From a virus: a DNA stretch of 64,000 nucleotides. Shown here in pieces: positions 61,181 through 64,000 of the stretch. The notes beneath the pieces are model-generated. The model ran no database searches. It worked only from the letters and a program-made list of their open reading frames with translations, and was not told the DNA's origin. Position 1 is the stretch's first letter, and every line of letters begins with the position of its first letter. The translations under genes and the position numbers were made by a program. Location of the stretch: IMG/VR virus record IMGVR_UViG_3300020048_000012, one strand, 5' to 3'.

Positions 61181-62653
61181 TTAAATTGTGAATTTAAGTT
61201 GCCCACAGTCATAAATCTTTATGTATCCACATCGTGTCATGTTTTGTTCTTCTGTCTCATTTGGATCAAATTTGTCGCCGAGCATGGCACTTAATTTATG
61301 TTTTTGAGTCTTAAATCTGTTTAATCGAATGGATCTACTCATATCTACCCAAAAATAAGCAGGAGTTGTCTGAGAAACAAATGTGCCAAATTTCTTGTAA
61401 ATTTCGCCCGATGAATAACGAATATCCGCGAAAGTGATGATCTCATTAGTATGAAGATCAGACTTTATCTTTGCTAGTAATTTACTAAACCCGCCTACTA
61501 CCTGTGTATTTAACTTTGTCGCAAATCGTATTAATTCTATTTCATTTTTCTTACTGAATCTAGTCTTAGAAGTCGATATCATGGCGACAATTTCATTATC
61601 ATATTTCAATGCCAGTGGACTGCCAACAGCCCAACCTTGTAAATGATTTTCTTCAAAAAAGATCTTACATTCTGTTGAACTTGGGTTATAAAACACACAC
61701 TTTCTTGCATATAATCTAGTGTCAAAAATACCAAGCTTCGACTTAATGATCGACTTGACAATATTTTGCTTAAAAGACCATTCATCTGCAAAAAATTGCA
61801 ATAATGTAACACCATGTGATTTGGCCAATTCATATTTACTCAAGTGCAACAATTTTGGATTTACGCCTTTTGATTCTAAGAGTTTATCTGAATGCCAATA
61901 CAATCCATGATACTCTATTCCCAATTGTCGGTGAGGAATATAGATATCAAGTTCTTTTTTCATGAGTTTTCGATGATTATTTAGAACAACATCATTCGGA
62001 AATAACTCTTTTACAAAATCAAATATCTCTCGTTCGCCGTGCGATGAAGCGCCCGCTTTCCAACCAGGATCGAATCCAATATGTCTAAAATGACTAATGA
62101 TAGTAGTCGGCGGCATATCGTTGAAATGTTCTTTTGCGACTTTAAACAAACCAGAGTTTTTGCAGATAGAGGCAAGCCGATCATGATTTAGAAAATCATC
62201 TCTATTCAGACCATATTTTTCAAAAGTTTCATCTCTAAATCTATTATACACTTTAAACATTTTCGGCGCAATTTTTGTTTTGACGTCTAATCTTTGTCTA
62301 ACATGCTCAACTCCATGCGTTTTCATATTAGTTTCTCGTGTTTTGCGCATACGATCGCTTGCGTTAGCTATGTTTTTAGATGAAATGATTTTTCTTGCCG
62401 GTGAATCTTCATCTGAATTCATGCAATTTAAGCTACACCATAACGAACCAAATTTGGCCAAATGATTACAGTTTTTGTTGTGGCATTTGTTATATGCGTT
62501 TTCAACTATAATATCGATTTTTTCTCGTATATTAAAGTCTTCAGTCACTAATTCGTTAATTCTGTCGTAAAGACCATGTTTTTTTAAATAAGAGGCATGC
62601 ATGCGTCTAGCAACGCCTCTGACACTTTTTAATTGTTCGATAAAATCATTCAT
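61181..62653 (-). CDS. Hef-like homing endonuclease (PD-(D/E)xK)
   Basis: ELDIYIP...GIEYHGLYWHS...H..K...LLQFF.DEW, LYARKC, H.QG, EL.RFA...VVGGFSKL, R.KTQK, IYDCG. Confidence 0.82.
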   Translation of the reverse strand: MNDFIEQLKSVRGVARRMHASYLKKHGLYDRINELVTEDFNIREKIDIIVENAYNKCHNKNCNHLAKFGSLWCSLNCMNSDEDSPARKIISSKNIANASDRMRKTRETNMKTHGVEHVRQRLDVKTKIAPKMFKVYNRFRDETFEKYGLNRDDFLNHDRLASICKNSGLFKVAKEHFNDMPPTTIISHFRHIGFDPGWKAGASSHGEREIFDFVKELFPNDVVLNNHRKLMKKELDIYIPHRQLGIEYHGLYWHSDKLLESKGVNPKLLHLSKYELAKSHGVTLLQFFADEWSFKQNIVKSIIKSKLGIFDTRLYARKCVFYNPSSTECKIFFEENHLQGWAVGSPLALKYDNEIVAMISTSKTRFSKKNEIELIRFATKLNTQVVGGFSKLLAKIKSDLHTNEIITFADIRYSSGEIYKKFGTFVSQTTPAYFWVDMSRSIRLNRFKTQKHKLSAMLGDKFDPNETEEQNMTRCGYIKIYDCGQLKFTI

Positions 62654-62706
62654 ACCTTATTATTACACAAACAATAATAAAATGTAAATCTAATTGTGGA
62701 TAAGAC

Positions 62707-62731
62707 AAAAGGACTCCGAAGAGTCCTTTTT
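62707..62731 (-). terminator. intrinsic terminator after gene 23 (UUCG loop, possibly bidirectional)
   Basis: AAAAGGACTC-TTCG-GAGTCCTTTT. Confidence 0.88.
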
Positions 62732-62759
62732 ATTTCCTAGCCTAAGCTAAGTTTATAAA

Positions 62760-64000
62760 TTACATGAGGTTCGTAACACGAACTTTTCTGTAATAGATGT
62801 TGTTACCAGAATTGATCGTTGTGAATGGGTTCGAAACCATACCATATCTGGTTTTAAATCCAATCTTTGGTTGGAACGTAGCTGGATCGATTGCGCGAAC
62901 TTTTTCCAATGGAACGTATGGGCAATAGAAAAGACCAGCATCGAATGCCGAAGTACCTTTGTAACCAACAACAAAGAATTGTGTGCTAGCTTGGTTAGCA
63001 GAATATGGATCGATATACACTTTGTACTTGCCGTTTAGAACACCAGCAAAAGTAGTAGATGCTTCGTCAACATTCAAACCAGTTTGCAATGCAGGAGCGT
63101 AGTCAAGAACACCGGCCATAGCCAATGCAGATGCCACGTCAGCAGAACAAATCAAGAAGTTACCGCGACCACGACGAGTCGTTTGGGCGATAGCATTTGC
63201 TTCACGTTCGATTTGGAACAATAGACCCTTGAACTTTTCAACAGACCAACGACCGTTTGCATCGATGTCTAAGTCAAAAGTACCTTGAACTGCAGTACCG
63301 TATTCAGCACCAGTCTTAGCAGAAGTGTAAACTGTACGAACAACTTCACGGTTGATTTCGTTCAAGATTTCTTGAGTAAGAATGTTGCTAAGTTCGCCTT
63401 CAGCATTAAGACCATGAACAGATTGCAAGTCTTGTGCAAGTTCAGTGGTGTATTCTGCTTTCAAAGCGCGTGTTTGAGCAGTAACAGTTGTCTTCTCGAT
63501 AGAGAAAGCCATTTGACCAAATGCAACACCAGCACCAAGATCTTCAGCGTTAGCCGTAGTCATACCAGTACCAGTTGTGTAAGCACCAGCGCCTGGGTTA
63601 GAACCAGCGTGAGTACCAGCACCAGAGAAGTCGGTGTCAGCTTCATTAAAGAGAGCTTCAGCGCCATCTTGAGTAGCATACTTGCTCTTCATAGCGAAGA
63701 TCAAACCTGTAGGTTGAGTCATTGGTTGAACACCAGCGATGTCATATGCGATCATCTGTGGAACAGCGCGGCGAACCAAACTGATCAACACTGGATCGTA
63801 ACCTGCCATATTAGCGTTAGTACCAGCGCCACCAAGAGCCAAACCAATACCACCAGCGTTAGCGATAGGAGTTGCTTCAGTTAGGAACTGATCGCCACGA
63901 ATCATTTCGCGTTCTTGGTTTTCCAAGAGAACAGCCGTAACTTCACGGCGATATTTGTCCTTAATTACTGGAGCTTCTGCAGCTTCAAGAATAGGGAGCC
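62760..64000 (-). CDS. 23: major capsid protein gp23 (5' end lies beyond the window)
   Basis: DPVLISLVRRA.P..IAYD..GVQPM..PTGLIFAM, RALKAEYT.ELAQDL, EINRE, G.FYCPYVPL, FQPKIGFKTRYG; the frame stays open to the window edge. Confidence 0.98.
   Translation of the reverse strand, partial: LPILEAAEAPVIKDKYRREVTAVLLENQEREMIRGDQFLTEATPIANAGGIGLALGGAGTNANMAGYDPVLISLVRRAVPQMIAYDIAGVQPMTQPTGLIFAMKSKYATQDGAEALFNEADTDFSGAGTHAGSNPGAGAYTTGTGMTTANAEDLGAGVAFGQMAFSIEKTTVTAQTRALKAEYTTELAQDLQSVHGLNAEGELSNILTQEILNEINREVVRTVYTSAKTGAEYGTAVQGTFDLDIDANGRWSVEKFKGLLFQIEREANAIAQTTRRGRGNFLICSADVASALAMAGVLDYAPALQTGLNVDEASTTFAGVLNGKYKVYIDPYSANQASTQFFVVGYKGTSAFDAGLFYCPYVPLEKVRAIDPATFQPKIGFKTRYGMVSNPFTTINSGNNIYYRKVRVTNLM

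Noticed and set aside
61166-62759. Absence of gene 24/hoc between gene 23 and gene 3 as a novelty
   Set aside because: The 23-(insert)-3-uvsY-uvsW-55 order without gene 24 is usual in environmental T4-like phages.
63285-63884. 199-aa plus-strand ORF and the many other plus-strand ORFs in the track
   Set aside because: Antisense shadows of well-supported minus-strand genes, caused by codon bias; no RBS, promoters or motifs. Only 9568, 12195 and 40552 are accepted on the plus strand.
1-64000. Alternative genetic code (stop-codon reassignment)
   Set aside because: Core genes are full length under the standard code, and TAA, TGA and TAG all serve as stops with normal ATGA/TAATG coupling.

Overview
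This is a 64-kb internal segment of a lytic T4-like myovirus genome (environmental T4 superfamily), with no integrase, CRISPR array, tRNA or rRNA seen. Nearly all genes are on the minus strand. Reading right to left (the direction of transcription): gp23 major capsid (truncated at the window edge), a Hef-like nuclease, gp3, uvsY, uvsW, gp55, gp47/46, a VWA-peptidase/CobS-like AAA pair, gp45/44/62, regA, a ~300-nt structured intergenic RNA plus Hsp20, gp43, thioredoxin, uvsX, gp40, gp41, a GIY-YIG::MazG-like fusion and an AEP primase-like gene. Next is a DNA-modification island: gp42 dCMP hydroxymethylase, dCMP deaminase, a UDG-like protein, alpha-glucosyltransferase and a C5-methyltransferase homolog with altered SAM motifs. 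Then come a late cassette of probable capsid-packaged enzymes and repeat polyproteins with T4 capsid-targeting-like N-termini, a spanin/lysis block, thyX, a class II RNR, Acb1 (anti-CBASS) and, at the left end, an early region containing a Prs-like + Nampt-like pair (NARP1-type NAD+ reconstitution). The only credible plus-strand genes are three free-standing GIY-YIG homing endonucleases. Each is preceded by the same 30-31-nt hairpin, whose stems covary while a CGCG/CC core stays fixed; this is the strongest candidate novel element. All assignments come from manual reading and recalled motifs; no database searches were run.
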